Positions 40,801 to 51,800 of a stretch of DNA of 64,000 nt are shown here, in pieces. The DNA is taken from assembly GCA_964035545.1 (NCBI GenBank), contig OZ037766.1, forward strand, positions 6,872,722-6,936,721, given 5' to 3'. Below the pieces are notes generated by a model. The model saw nothing but the letters and a program-made list of their open reading frames with translations. It searched no databases and was not told the DNA's origin. The stretch comes from Bugula neritina (Eukaryota > Animalia > Bryozoa). The translations under genes and the position numbers were made by a program. The stretch's first letter is position 1. Each line of letters begins with the position of its first letter.

Positions 40801-43800
40801 TTTTATTTGCTAACTTTCTGAACATTTTTTGTACTTGATTTTTTAGCGCAATGGTCAAAAACTTAGTTTCTTCTGTTGTGATTGCCGAGTCTATTCTTTT
40901 CTAAAGAGCATATATTGTCTTTAGAAAACAAACTCTGCAACAGTTTTAGGCTATTGTTTAGCTCCAATCTGTAACCTATAATGTAAACTTAAATAAAAAT
41001 GTTGGATAAAATTCAAGTGTGTGTTGGTGAGCAATGTCCTGCAGTTTATGGCGTGTGTTTTGGTAACACTAAAGTGCCAGTTTTACTTGACCTCTACTCT
41101 TAATTTTCACATAATGAAAAGTTTTGTTAGCTTCACAGGTTGAAAAAATGATTCTCTTCTCAATCAAATTACTGCTATTTTAATTTCAGAATAGTATAAT
41201 GTTCACAAGCAAGCCTCGGGTTTTTTAATAATGTTTTGGTACAGAAAGTGAGTGTGTGGAATAGATGGTTTTAGCTATAATAATGTGATAATTTTGTGGG
41301 TTGAATGTAACTAGTGCCTGAACATGCTCTTTGTAAGGGAGAACAAGATGTGAAAGGTTGTATAGTTGATGCAATATTTATTGGTTCAATAGTATTTAGG
41401 TCCTCTGCCAGCGAGCTCCAGTAGTAGACTGAACTACACTGGAACTCGCTGGCCTTTATATACAAGCAAAAGATAAGGTCTTTCCTTTGTTGCCGAGATC
41501 GGAGATCCGAAATGCCGATCTTCGGCATTTCGGGAATCCGAAACACCGACCTGCGGCACTTCAGGACTTCAGCAGCCCGAAATGGCGACTATCGGTATTT
41601 CGGAAAGCCGAAATGCCCATCTTGGACAACAACAGGAGGACATAAATCAATAAGAAATAAAACAAAGCACATGCTAAAATTTACCACACACACACACCCC
41701 ATCGGAAAGCACGCTTTCCGATTAGAGGGAATGTGACAACAATACAACAAAATAATAATAAAAAAAGAAGGGGACAACACAAAAATTATACAAGAAAGAT
41801 CTGACAGGTATATAAAAAACAGCATGCAACACATATAACACACTAACATCATGCAAAATAAAGGAATATTGAAATGTGAACACGCATGCTCCCGCCACTA
41901 GTGTCAAACATAAAACAGTGTCATTGTTGGTCCGCGTTGTGTGCCCGCTCCAGGCGACTCACGCGCCTTCGTAGCTGTCCTAGCTCTTCTTCATACCGCC
42001 GCAGGTGTCGGCGCAGGAATCGGACTTCTTCTTCCAGCTGTACAGGTGCATGGCGACCGTGGTTGGCGGCGCCACGCCGGGGTTGCCTTCTCTCGCCCGT
42101 CGCCAAGGGTCGGAAACTCGGTCCTGCCGCATTCGACCCGTGCCAGCACGACCCGAAGTCGCTGGGTGGCCGCTGGTTAAGGTGTTGCGACGGGCTCCCC
42201 ATCTACTTCCTGGATTGGCCGGCACGCGGGAAACCCCTGGGCGAGAGTAGCCCGTTTGCGGGGGTCCGCCACGTGTGGTAGTACCAGGTCCCGGAATTCG
42301 GGGAAGCTTGCCTGGTCCACCGCAAACGTGTAGCCCGTGTAGCAGCGCGAGATGCGCTAATGCCTCAGCACGTAATCGCGCTGATATGAGAACTCGCCAC
42401 ACTGGCAAAACACATTGATATAGTGTTGAGGAGCGTGAACCCGCAGCCGCCGTGTGGAGGAGAACTTCCTCCGACACTGCGGGCAGATACGGTTGCCCGG
42501 CTCGCCGCACGTCTAGCTGATTTTAAGGTTGGTCTCCCTGGAAACCCAATACTGGCGGGCAACCAAAGTCCGAGGCAGAGCCAGTAATTGAGAGTTATCT
42601 TCCCCTTTTTCCGTGGGTTCCTCAGCGAGCAGTATGCCCTGCTCCTCCCCGGTGAAAAGCTGAAGCTCAACCGGGTTGGAATCAGGGCCACTGGTGCTGG
42701 TGGAAGGCACCCCTGATGGTGGAGTGGCGCCCTGCTGGCTGCTGGGAGCCGGAACAGGGGCCGGTGGGGGGGGGAGTCGATACGACTCGGCCCGACCTCT
42801 ACATCCATATTACTTCCTAAAACAGATAGGAGAGGCTGTGGCAAGCCAATCTCTCTATCGCCAAATTTCGGCATACACTTATAAGAAGCTAAATTATAAA
42901 CTGTTGGCCGAGATGAGTCACAGAGTGTGACCGAGCCCACGTCTTGATCTAACAAGAAGTCGTGGACAGGGTCACCTCCGAGATCCATTCCTAATAAGTC
43001 AGATTCCAAGAAATCTAGTAAAGTCCAGTCAATATTAGATCGGCTGGACTCCGTTTGTGGAGGTTCCAACTTTAAAGGAATACCTGTGACAGTATTGGTA
43101 GCTCCGGTATGTGTGACTTCCATGTTCAAGTTCGGTAGTGAATTAAAATTAAAAATCAAGTTTTGTTTGTCAATTTCAAAATTCGAAATGCCGATCTCGG
43201 ACAACAACAGGAGGACATAAATCAATAAGAAATAAAACGAAGCACATGCTAAAATTTACCACAATAATCAGCAAAATCCTTACAACTAGGGATGGCAACA
43301 ATTTTTATTCCCATTTTGAGTTTAAAACTTTTATCAGTAGTTTTTTCATTATAGGAAAGCATTTTTCATAACTGCTTTCACTACAAATTATATTTTATTG
43401 CAAAAAAACAATTACTACATTTTCTCCAATATTTATTCTTCAACGTAATTTTCTTCTATTTCACGAAGCTATGGTGAGAAGTTCTAGCATTTGTTAATTT
43501 GATTTATTTGCAGTCCTTCACACAACTCTGTTTTTACCCTTCGTTTGGCTGGAACTTAAAAGTTGATCACTCTCATTTTATGTTTCTCTAGGCAACATCT
43601 TTGAATCTGAGCCTAGGTCTCACCCCCCCCCCCTTTTTTTTCCTTCTTTTAGCTGAAAATAAAATAATTGTTTTGGTAGCTGCTCATTTTCCATGTTGTG
43701 TACATGGCCTTTCCACCCCAGGCTTCTTTATTGGGGTATTTTTCTGCAAAGAAATGAAAAGGGAGTATTACTTAATAATATTTATGAGTGGCATTCATAT

Positions 43801-46800
43801 ATTGCTTGCTACGTCTTTCGAATTTATTTTTAAAACTGGAATTTACTAAACAAAAATTGAAAGAGATTCAATAATTTTTTTCTTTAATAGGTAAAATGTC
43901 ATTCCCAGTTAGCCCCAGTGAACATCTTTTTTCTAGCTGCATTGTTTCTAGTGATTTATTTTGCCAATGGTTGAAACGTTATACAAAAGCAATACATTTG
44001 AGCAAAAACTGTTTATAGTGTTACAGTGTCATAGTACAGTACTGTATTAGATTCTTTCTTTGTCAACAACTATATTTAATCTAATTAATAGTTTTGAACG
44101 TAAAATGCTGTTTTGGCTGTAATTAACAGATATTTTAGTTTTCAGGAAATGCATGTCCATTAAATAGGTGTGCATTAGTATTGTTGCAGCTATTCACCTT
44201 ATTTCTGGTGATGGTTGATGGTGATGATAGTCTAGTCTATTCATACAGGGAAAAGATTGTTTGTTCAAGCATAACCCAAATACTGTCACTCAAAAACCTC
44301 TTCTTGAGTTCAGCATCAAGGTAAAATCGTTCAGTTCATTCAAACTTATGCACTATTTATGATGAAGCTTTAACGGTATTAAATATAAGTTTGATTATTT
44401 TCAGTATATTTCATTTTGTGTATGTTTAAAACTGTTTTAGCGAGGGTCGGCGGATTACATAGCTTTGGATGGAGACTCGGCTGATGAATCGGTTTATGGT
44501 AAAAAAGGTAATTTAGTAGTAGCATTTGAATGAGTATTTAATGCTAGGCTGCATACAATATCCACTATGAGAAACAAAAATGAGTTGAAACAATAATAGT
44601 TCTTCATGTTGGTAACATCAGAGAAACATTCCAGAAAGCTTTTAATCATGCTATATCTATTCATCTATTCTGTTGTGGAATAATTTTTCATAATTTTTCC
44701 TAAAATTTTTAACCTCTCCTAACCTGCTATTAAAAGATAATATTTGAATAATAAAATGTTCTAACTGCTGTAGCTCGTTATTGCATCTAAGCCCTATGCT
44801 ATGTCTAAAATTTGTCTGCTATGCAACTTTGCTTTTTGTAAGAAAGCTGGAACAGGGGGACATACTGATCCTTAATGCTCACTCTCAGTACTTAAGTGTT
44901 CAATTCTTTAAGACCAAGGTATTGCATAAGGGCTAGCTTTGTTCTCATTCACCATATTTTTTAAATCTATGTTTAGGTAATTATGTCCGAACAGCAGATG
45001 AAGTGGTAAACATCAAGAAAGAACCAATCGCTATTGATCTTAAAATTCATAGTAAGTCTAATAACAATGATTACAATGTTGTGCATCTGCTTGTAAAATG
45101 TCTAGGTATGTTGGCAGCATTGCTTATTTTATATTTTCCTGTAGTGAATGTGTAACGTGGGTTTATATCCTATTAGCGCTACTTTTTATTTATCTCAGTA
45201 AGTGAAATGCTGCTACATAATCACTTGAACCAAAATAACAAATTAGCTAAAGGCTTAGGCTCACTAGATAGAGTAATACATTAGTTTACTTGGGCACTTT
45301 GTTGCTAAGATGCTAAGTTTTGTATTTTTTCTAACTCTTGTTGCTAATGCTAAGTTGTTAAGATATTTGTTGTGTCAAAACATCACCCGGGTCTCTAGTT
45401 TATGTAATATCTCTACATATAATTGCTATGACCACTTTATCCTAGGCCTCGTCTTTGCAACAAAAGGTTTGTAGGTTTCAGTTGACTCGTCTAATTTATT
45501 TTTTCATTCTATATAACAGACATATAGAGCTTCAAAACTTATTTTCACTGTGAGGTTTTTGGATATACTTTAAGATCTTTCCTATTGTCATTTTTTATTT
45601 TGGTGACTTGTTTTATTTCTTGAAGTAGGTGTAGGCTTTCGCCTATTAGCCAACTTTTTTAGAACATATCATAGCGCTCATTAATGGTTGATCTTTAAAC
45701 CACGAACTCTATAACTTCCACTCTCTACATAGCCTAATCTGTCAGAGATACTGAGGCTACTTAGACCTACACTCCACAGTCTAAGACTAAGGCTATCAAG
45801 TGTGAGACAATTTGTTGATATTTGTCTATGAACAATGCATATGCATGATTTAGATGCGTCACCAGATCATCGCTACATCAGGCAGGCTCCTATCAAGAAG
45901 TTAGACAGAAAGATTTCAATACCCAAAAGTCCTCTTGGTATATTTATATATATAACCTGCATATCAGTATTACACAGTCTCTTTCATTGAGTGTTGAATG
46001 TTCACAATTTTCTCTCTTGAGTTATATCTTGTATCTTCTTAGTTCAACAAATTGTGAAGCACTGTGACAGCCAAAAGCCTTAATTTATGATGCAAAAAAG
46101 TATTTCCCGAAGCAAAGTTATTTGTATATAATAATTGTATCCGTTTCAAACATCGGCCATTATCCTGCATGGACAATATTTTACTATATTTGTTCACCAT
46201 TGGTAGACTTGTACTACTCTGCATTCGCTGAAGATATTCATGTAAAGAGCCTACACGAAATGCAAATGGAGAAAATTGTTCAAGAACAATATAAGTTGGA
46301 GAAGCGAAAACATTTTAATAGAATTGCTGAACTTCGTAAGTGAAACTAGTGTACTTACTCTTTGTGTTGACTATTTAGATTTACACATGTTTGTTTTTGC
46401 TATTGATTTAAGTTTGCTGGTTCCTGATCAATTCTAGTATTTTCTACCAGGTAATAAAAACATGACCTTGAAGTCAATGAAACAACCTGCACATAGAAGG
46501 AGCAGAACGTCTTGTAGGAAGTTGATTTCCACCAACATGGTTGAAGTCAGATTGAACGGAGTTGAAGGTGATACCAGTTTTGAATCTTCTACAGCCGATG
46601 AGATTCACAGTGTCACTCCATCTAACCCTCGAGTATTTGTAGACTTTCCTCAATCTGATTCGGCTAATAATGGTCTAGTCAGTAATAATGGTGCTTTCAA
46701 AAAGTCACCAATTCTATATTCTGGCAATACTGATGCAGCTGCAGGTGAACCCCACTATAAAAGTCATCCTTATAATACTACAATTGTTGGCAAAGCATGT

Positions 46801-48898
46801 AATGGAAATGTGAAGAAACTTAGGCGAAACAACGTGAAGCAAGTCAACAGTTCAGTGAAAGTTCCTAGTCAGCCTCTAAAGGCTTCCCCAAACACTTGTA
46901 CCTCTGTTAGTTCAAAGGTCATACCTAGGAGACAGCAAATGGCTGACAGTTCTGTGATGCAGTCAGCGCCACTCCGGCTTCCTTCCTCCATGTCCTTAGT
47001 ACAGGAGAGAGTCATCCGCAAGTCTTCTTCAGGTTGGTTTTTTTCTTCAGCACATAATATTAGAAGGATGTGTCTCAACTACTCAATAGTTATTAGAATG
47101 TAGATTAGGAGATGATTTTTATAACTAAAAGATGCTATTTAGGCTATCATATTTTTTTCCGAATCGGCTTCATGCTGTTTAGTCTTTATATGAATAGTTG
47201 AGCAGGCAAACTTTTAAAATGCTGTCCAAACACAGTTTCATTGATGGTGGATGTTAGGTGGATGTTGGGTTATTGGCTGAAAATCGAAAAAAAATTAAGC
47301 TGACTGATAGCAACTAATGTGTAGTTACCAATTTTACTCGAAGTTTTCCTCGAAGTTTATATTTCGGCTAATTATGGTGACTTCATTATAAACATTTCAA
47401 TGGCCATTCATTCAAATATTTATGCTATGCAAAAGTCACTACTGTACTGGCTTGATAAATGCTTTAACATTTGAAACAATTGCCGTGCCCTGTGTCTTTA
47501 ACTTATTTATATGTTAGTTGAGGTACTGAAATCACACTGAAAGTTTGACTGTAAACCAGATTTTGTGCTCATCTAAATATCGGGATGTCTAACAGACACC
47601 CTTTCACACAGCTCCCTCATTCTTTCTATCTACTCACACAAGTAGCTTACTCTTTATTTTGATTTTGTTATTCTTTAGAGCATGCTTTTCGCTCACCTGA
47701 TGCTTCTAGTGGCTCTGTTGATATTCAGACTAATTCTACTACTTACTGGCAGAACTATGGTAGATCTATGAGTGATCACAATATCTCTAGAATATCTCTA
47801 GACCGGTAAGTAACCTTTGACTCTGCTAAGTGAAATAGTGTAGTAGTTCATTGTCACATTATCATTTGCTGCCAAATAGCCAAACTAATAATGAGAACAT
47901 GTTACAACCTAAACCATACAACCTAAAGCATATGGCTAACCAGTTGGAGAAAACCCAACTTAATAGCTAGCCAATAGGAGAAGGCTTAACTGCGTAGCTA
48001 ACCTATAGGAGTAAGCATTGGCTGAGGTTAGGTCTGAAGCTCATCTAAAAATTCTACCGCCTGGATTCTAACAAGAAAATTATGAATGTAAACAACCAAT
48101 TGAAATCTTTTAGGTGTATCAATTGTAATATATATAATTGCGATTTAGTTTATTACACTTTTAATCTTAACTATTTTGATTCACTCAGTTCAGAAAAACA
48201 AGCTGTATGATCTAACTAATATCCACTAGATTCAACTTATATTGAAACAGCTCTCCCATTGAGAAGCTCTGATGTGGTATTTCAACTTATGCTGTTGCCA
48301 GTGAACATGCTTACTTTCAAGGCTAGATAAATAATACTTATTTTCATCTCTTTGTTGTTTTTGTTATTTAGACTAAACAGATGCACAGACAACTTAAATG
48401 GAGTAGCTCAGACTTCTGCCCCTACTACAGGACAGCATTCACCAGTTGTATTTGACCTTCTGAACGTTTCCCACGACGAGCTGAGGAAACTTGCTATGTC
48501 TCGTGGCATCAAGTCAGAACCAGTCAGCTTTCAAGAGCCCACAACTCCTACTGATAGGTATGCGCTTTTCAAGTATAATTTTCACACAAAATGAAGTTTT
48601 AAAAATTGCTTAAAATTGTCGTATCTATTTAATCGGCTGTTTAATGAATTCAACAAATCTAATATATTACACACACTGCATAAAATTGTTTAAAAGACCA
48701 AAAAATTTAGTTGCAAGTTAATAAAAATATAGTACTTTTGATAGCCTTTCTGACGATGATATAACTTGGGATGATGACAACGCAAGTACTGAAGTTGAGG
48801 GAGACGATTCCCGTGATGAAGTATTAGAAATTCATGAAGAAGACACATCTCTGGATGGTGAACAACTTATGGATAGAGCTGATGAGCTACTGGCATAG
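34881..48898 (+). CDS. CCCH zinc-finger protein, ZC3H11A-like, ~499 aa (exons 34881-34931, 44249-44320, 44441-44507, 44977-45051, 45854-45937, 46234-46335, 46451-47032, 47679-47805, 48372-48557, 48745-48898)
   Basis: C-x7-C-x5-C-x3-H finger CHFYRKGNCTK|GKDCLFKH is split by a 9.3-kb intron. HVKSLHEMQMEK and the acidic end EQLMDRADELLA* resemble ZC3H11A motifs. Phases consistent (1500 nt). Orthology is tentative. Confidence 0.75.
35250..36750 (-). pseudogene. Heavily decayed LTR-retrotransposon pol (RT/RNase H) relic
   Basis: Broken minus-strand remnants, e.g. GACTATGCGTTAAACGATCTT (DYALNDL, cf. RNase H YAINELE). Many stops and indels; boundaries approximate. Confidence 0.4.
39480..41200 (-). 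pseudogene. Decayed Gypsy pol relic (RT-RNase H-integrase)
   Basis: ORF 39823-40038 IIKQLHASHQRITKTQQRAKTAVFWQ..CSIC matches the integrase Zn-binding region. VLAGWP near 40085; YSQ RNase H remnant near 40520. Boundaries approximate. Confidence 0.7.
41284..43263 (-). mobile_element. Internally deleted LTR retroelement (1980 bp) retaining only an accessory zinc-finger gene
   Basis: 4-bp TSD ATAA (41280-41283, 43264-43267). Termini TGTGGTAAATTTT...AAAATTATCACA. Complete 3' LTR at 41284-41688 with TATA (~41455-41462) and AATAAA (41377-41382). 80-bp 5' LTR stub 43184-43263 matches 41609-41688 with 3 mismatches. Hairpin plus G-rich PPT-like run at 41689-41721. No gag or pol. Confidence 0.85.
41921..43123 (-). 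pseudogene. Disrupted retroelement accessory ORF: acidic N-terminus, Pro/Ser linker, two zinc fingers, C-terminal coiled coil
   Basis: Reading through the stop at 42513 gives CPQCRRKFSSTRRLRVHAPQH-YINVF-CQCGEFSYQRDYVLRH*RISRC. In-frame stops at 42513-15, 42357-59 and 42177-79. Frameshift at the G9 run 42766-42774 and another near 42130. C-terminus LEEEVRFLRRHLRRYEEELGQLRRRVSRLE. GC-rich relative to host. Confidence 0.75.
47933..48025 (+). repeat. Three degenerate 31-bp tandem units (TAGCTA(A/G)CCAATAGGAG core) in an intron
   Basis: Units start at 47933, 47964 and 47995. Confidence 0.6.
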
Positions 48899-49211
48899 AT
48901 TGAGAAAAACTTATAGACTAAAGCTACCTCGCCTGAAATGTGCTATGGCTACAACTTCAATGTTGAATATAATAATAGAGCTATAATACATTATAGGAAT
49001 TGTAGGCAATTTGTGTAAAAACATTATAATACGAATGTTAAGGATAACTAGGTTTTAGTCAAGTATGAATTTGTAAATATGTATTTTATCAAATTTATGT
49101 TGAAATGAGTAAAGATAATGTAAATTTGTTTACATAAATTTTGAAAAAAATAAAAATTTATTGTCTCAAACATTCAACACTGTCATGTTTAAAAAAAATC
49201 TTGCTCTGGAA

Positions 49212-51002
49212 TCATTTTTCTTTTTTCTTTTTATGTTTTTTGTGCTCTTTAGTTTTCTTGCTTTTAGACTTTTTGCCTCGCGTGTCCTTATGTTTCCGTT
49301 TCTTGCGGGATGCTTTTATTTTCCTTACGGAGCCATTGCTTTGACTAGATTCATTGTCACTAAGTACCACTTTTAAATCCATGGAAGATTTCCCTGTATT
49401 TTCTGCCATTAAGGGTTCCCCTGAAAGACGTTTTCTACAATATAGAAATATCTTTCTGAAGCAAATACCAGCTGTCCTTGGCTTTTTAGGGACTACAGTG
49501 TATGATTGATAAACCGAGTTAACAGAATACCATGATACTTGAGTTTCTCAATTGAAAATTTTGCCAACTTACTCTGCGCACCTAGAACTGTTATTGAACT
49601 CCTCGGGGTAGAGCTCTTTGTATCCGCCATGGCCCCACCTAGAGAAAAACATTAAAACAGTCGAGTTATCTGTATCAGGTTAAAGAATAATAAAATGATA
49701 AGCTACAATTGCTGCATTCCCATACTTTTGTAAATGAATTTTTCATTCGATGCAAGGGGACAACTCAATAGAATGAAACCACAAATCCATCCTTTTCGGA
49801 TCCATTCGATTTATGGAAATGTAGTGACTCCAAAATCTGGAATGACTAAAGGTAGCATTCTCGCAGAGTTTGCACAAGAAACATAAAGCAACTTGACTGA
49901 ACATTGGATTGTGAAAACTTTTGTATTACAGTTTTGTGACCAGAACCATGATGATTATAGACCACATTTTTCATTGCTTGATTGTGGAGCAACTGGGGAT
50001 TTCGAAAACAAAATACAACTATATAAATAAAATTCCATCTGAGCTCCCACATGTACACATAACATATTATATCATAGCATAATTATAGACATCGTAGTTT
50101 CTGGTCAAAGCTGTCTCTTCTTCAGTCACCTGCTAATAACTGCTTGTTGAAACTTCTAGAGCAGCTGATTATATCACTTGATATAAAAAAGTAGCACAAC
50201 ACATTGCTGTCACTAACTTAGCCTTCAAATTACGTGAAGTGAAATTAATTTAAAGTAGGATGACATGCACTAATTTACTAACACATTTGAGTGAAACAAC
50301 AAATACACACATTAGTAACAAACATTTGGATACTATGCTCGCATATATACCTTTCGCTACCAAGAGATTCTTCATATTTCATTAGTTCTGCTGCCCACTT
50401 ATTACTTGTTTTAACAGGTTGTTTACTAGTATCAGTAAAGCTGTAGGAACTCTTGAGAAAACCAGCAGACTTGACATTATTGTAAAGTAAATCACTTTTC
50501 ATGCGTTTCTTTGAAGGAGATGGACTGTAACTTTTCCTTTCTTTATCATTTAATTCTCGTTTCCTTTGATGCCACATTTCTCGTTCTTCAGCCCTCTTAT
50601 AAATGCATAACATGTTTGGATATTATTGCAGTTAATCACATCTGATTAACTTTTAAATAAAAAAACATAAATTAAAAAAACAAACAAGTATTACATTACA
50701 AGTTCCTATAATGCATAAATAGGATGTCAGCATAAGAATAATAAACAAATATGAATCGCGACACAAACAAAACATATACAGAGGTTTTTCATCAAACAGT
50801 AAACAGCCAAAAATCTCTCAATGCAAAGATCAGAACTTCATTCAGGAGAAAAAGGTAATACCTACGATTTTCACCACATACGAAAGTTATAGATATGTAA
50901 ATTTATAGAGCGCTGAGAGTTGATGGAATGACTTACTTTATTGTGAGACTCCGAATTCTTAACAGCATTAAGCAGTATTAGCTTAGAAGATCTGGAAACC
51001 AT
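49212..51002 (-). CDS. NKAPD1: NKAP domain-containing protein 1 (C11orf57) ortholog, 199 aa (exons 51002-50937, 50595-50351, 49638-49573, 49434-49212)
   Basis: SKLILLNAVKNSESHNK/RAEEREMW, then WAAELMKYEE..RWGHGGYKELYPEEF, then a Lys-rich tail. 600 nt in frame. Confidence 0.9.
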
Positions 51003-51139
51003 AGCTCAAGCTAACTTGGCAGATACTACAGCAAAATTTAAAAAGTTCAGAATGAACTAGATAGCCACCATATAAGTATAACACGTCACCTACAAATAAT
51101 AACAAGTTTTATTAAAACCAAGCATTTTCATAATTATTA

Positions 51140-51800
51140 TGCGATGACAGTATGAGTATGAAATGAATATTGTGACTAATAATAAAAATATTACTTTTAC
51201 TAAAGTATAAAAGTAGAAGTAAATACTAAATATGTCTTAAAGTTCAGTATGGATTGTGAGTATGACTTAGTCTTGTGAGTATTAGTATCAATATGAATAT
51301 GAGTATCACAATCAGTATGCGTATGACATTCACATCGGCTATGATATTGACTTTGAGTATCAGTATGAACATCACTATCAGTTTTACTATTAGTTACTAT
51401 TAGTATTAGTAATAGCATAGTTTATAGTTTAAGTTATGCTTATACTTATAGTTATACTAAAACTAAAAGTGAATCTTATAGACATAGTTACATTGATATT
51501 CATATTGACTATTTACTTTTACTATAAAATAAAAATAAGATTAAAATTAATAATAATACTAATAAAATAAGTATAACTATTATTATAAGTCAAAGGTCTA
51601 AAACCTAGACCTAAAGTTAGATAATAAATTAAAACTAAGACCAAGACCAAGAGTAAGACTAAGAGTAAAATTAAAACTATAAGTAAAAGCAAGACTAACA
51701 CTAACAGTAACACTAAGATTTAATCTTAGTGTTACTGTTAGTGTTCTTAGTAAGAATTAGAATAAGAGTAAGACTAAGAGTAAGACTAAGAGTCAGGCCC
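51140..51800. promoter_or_regulatory. 6-bp-periodic tract with a perfect 24-bp palindrome in the NKAPD1/PIH1D2 bidirectional promoter
   Basis: AGTATG/ACTATC/AGTAAG/ACTAAG runs. Palindrome at 51697-51745. Role inferred. Confidence 0.45.

Noticed and set aside
42365-43225. 286-aa ORF taken at face value
   Set aside because: Its ATG lies in the 5' LTR stub across a deletion junction, and after the G9 run it is out of frame with the zinc-finger coding frame.
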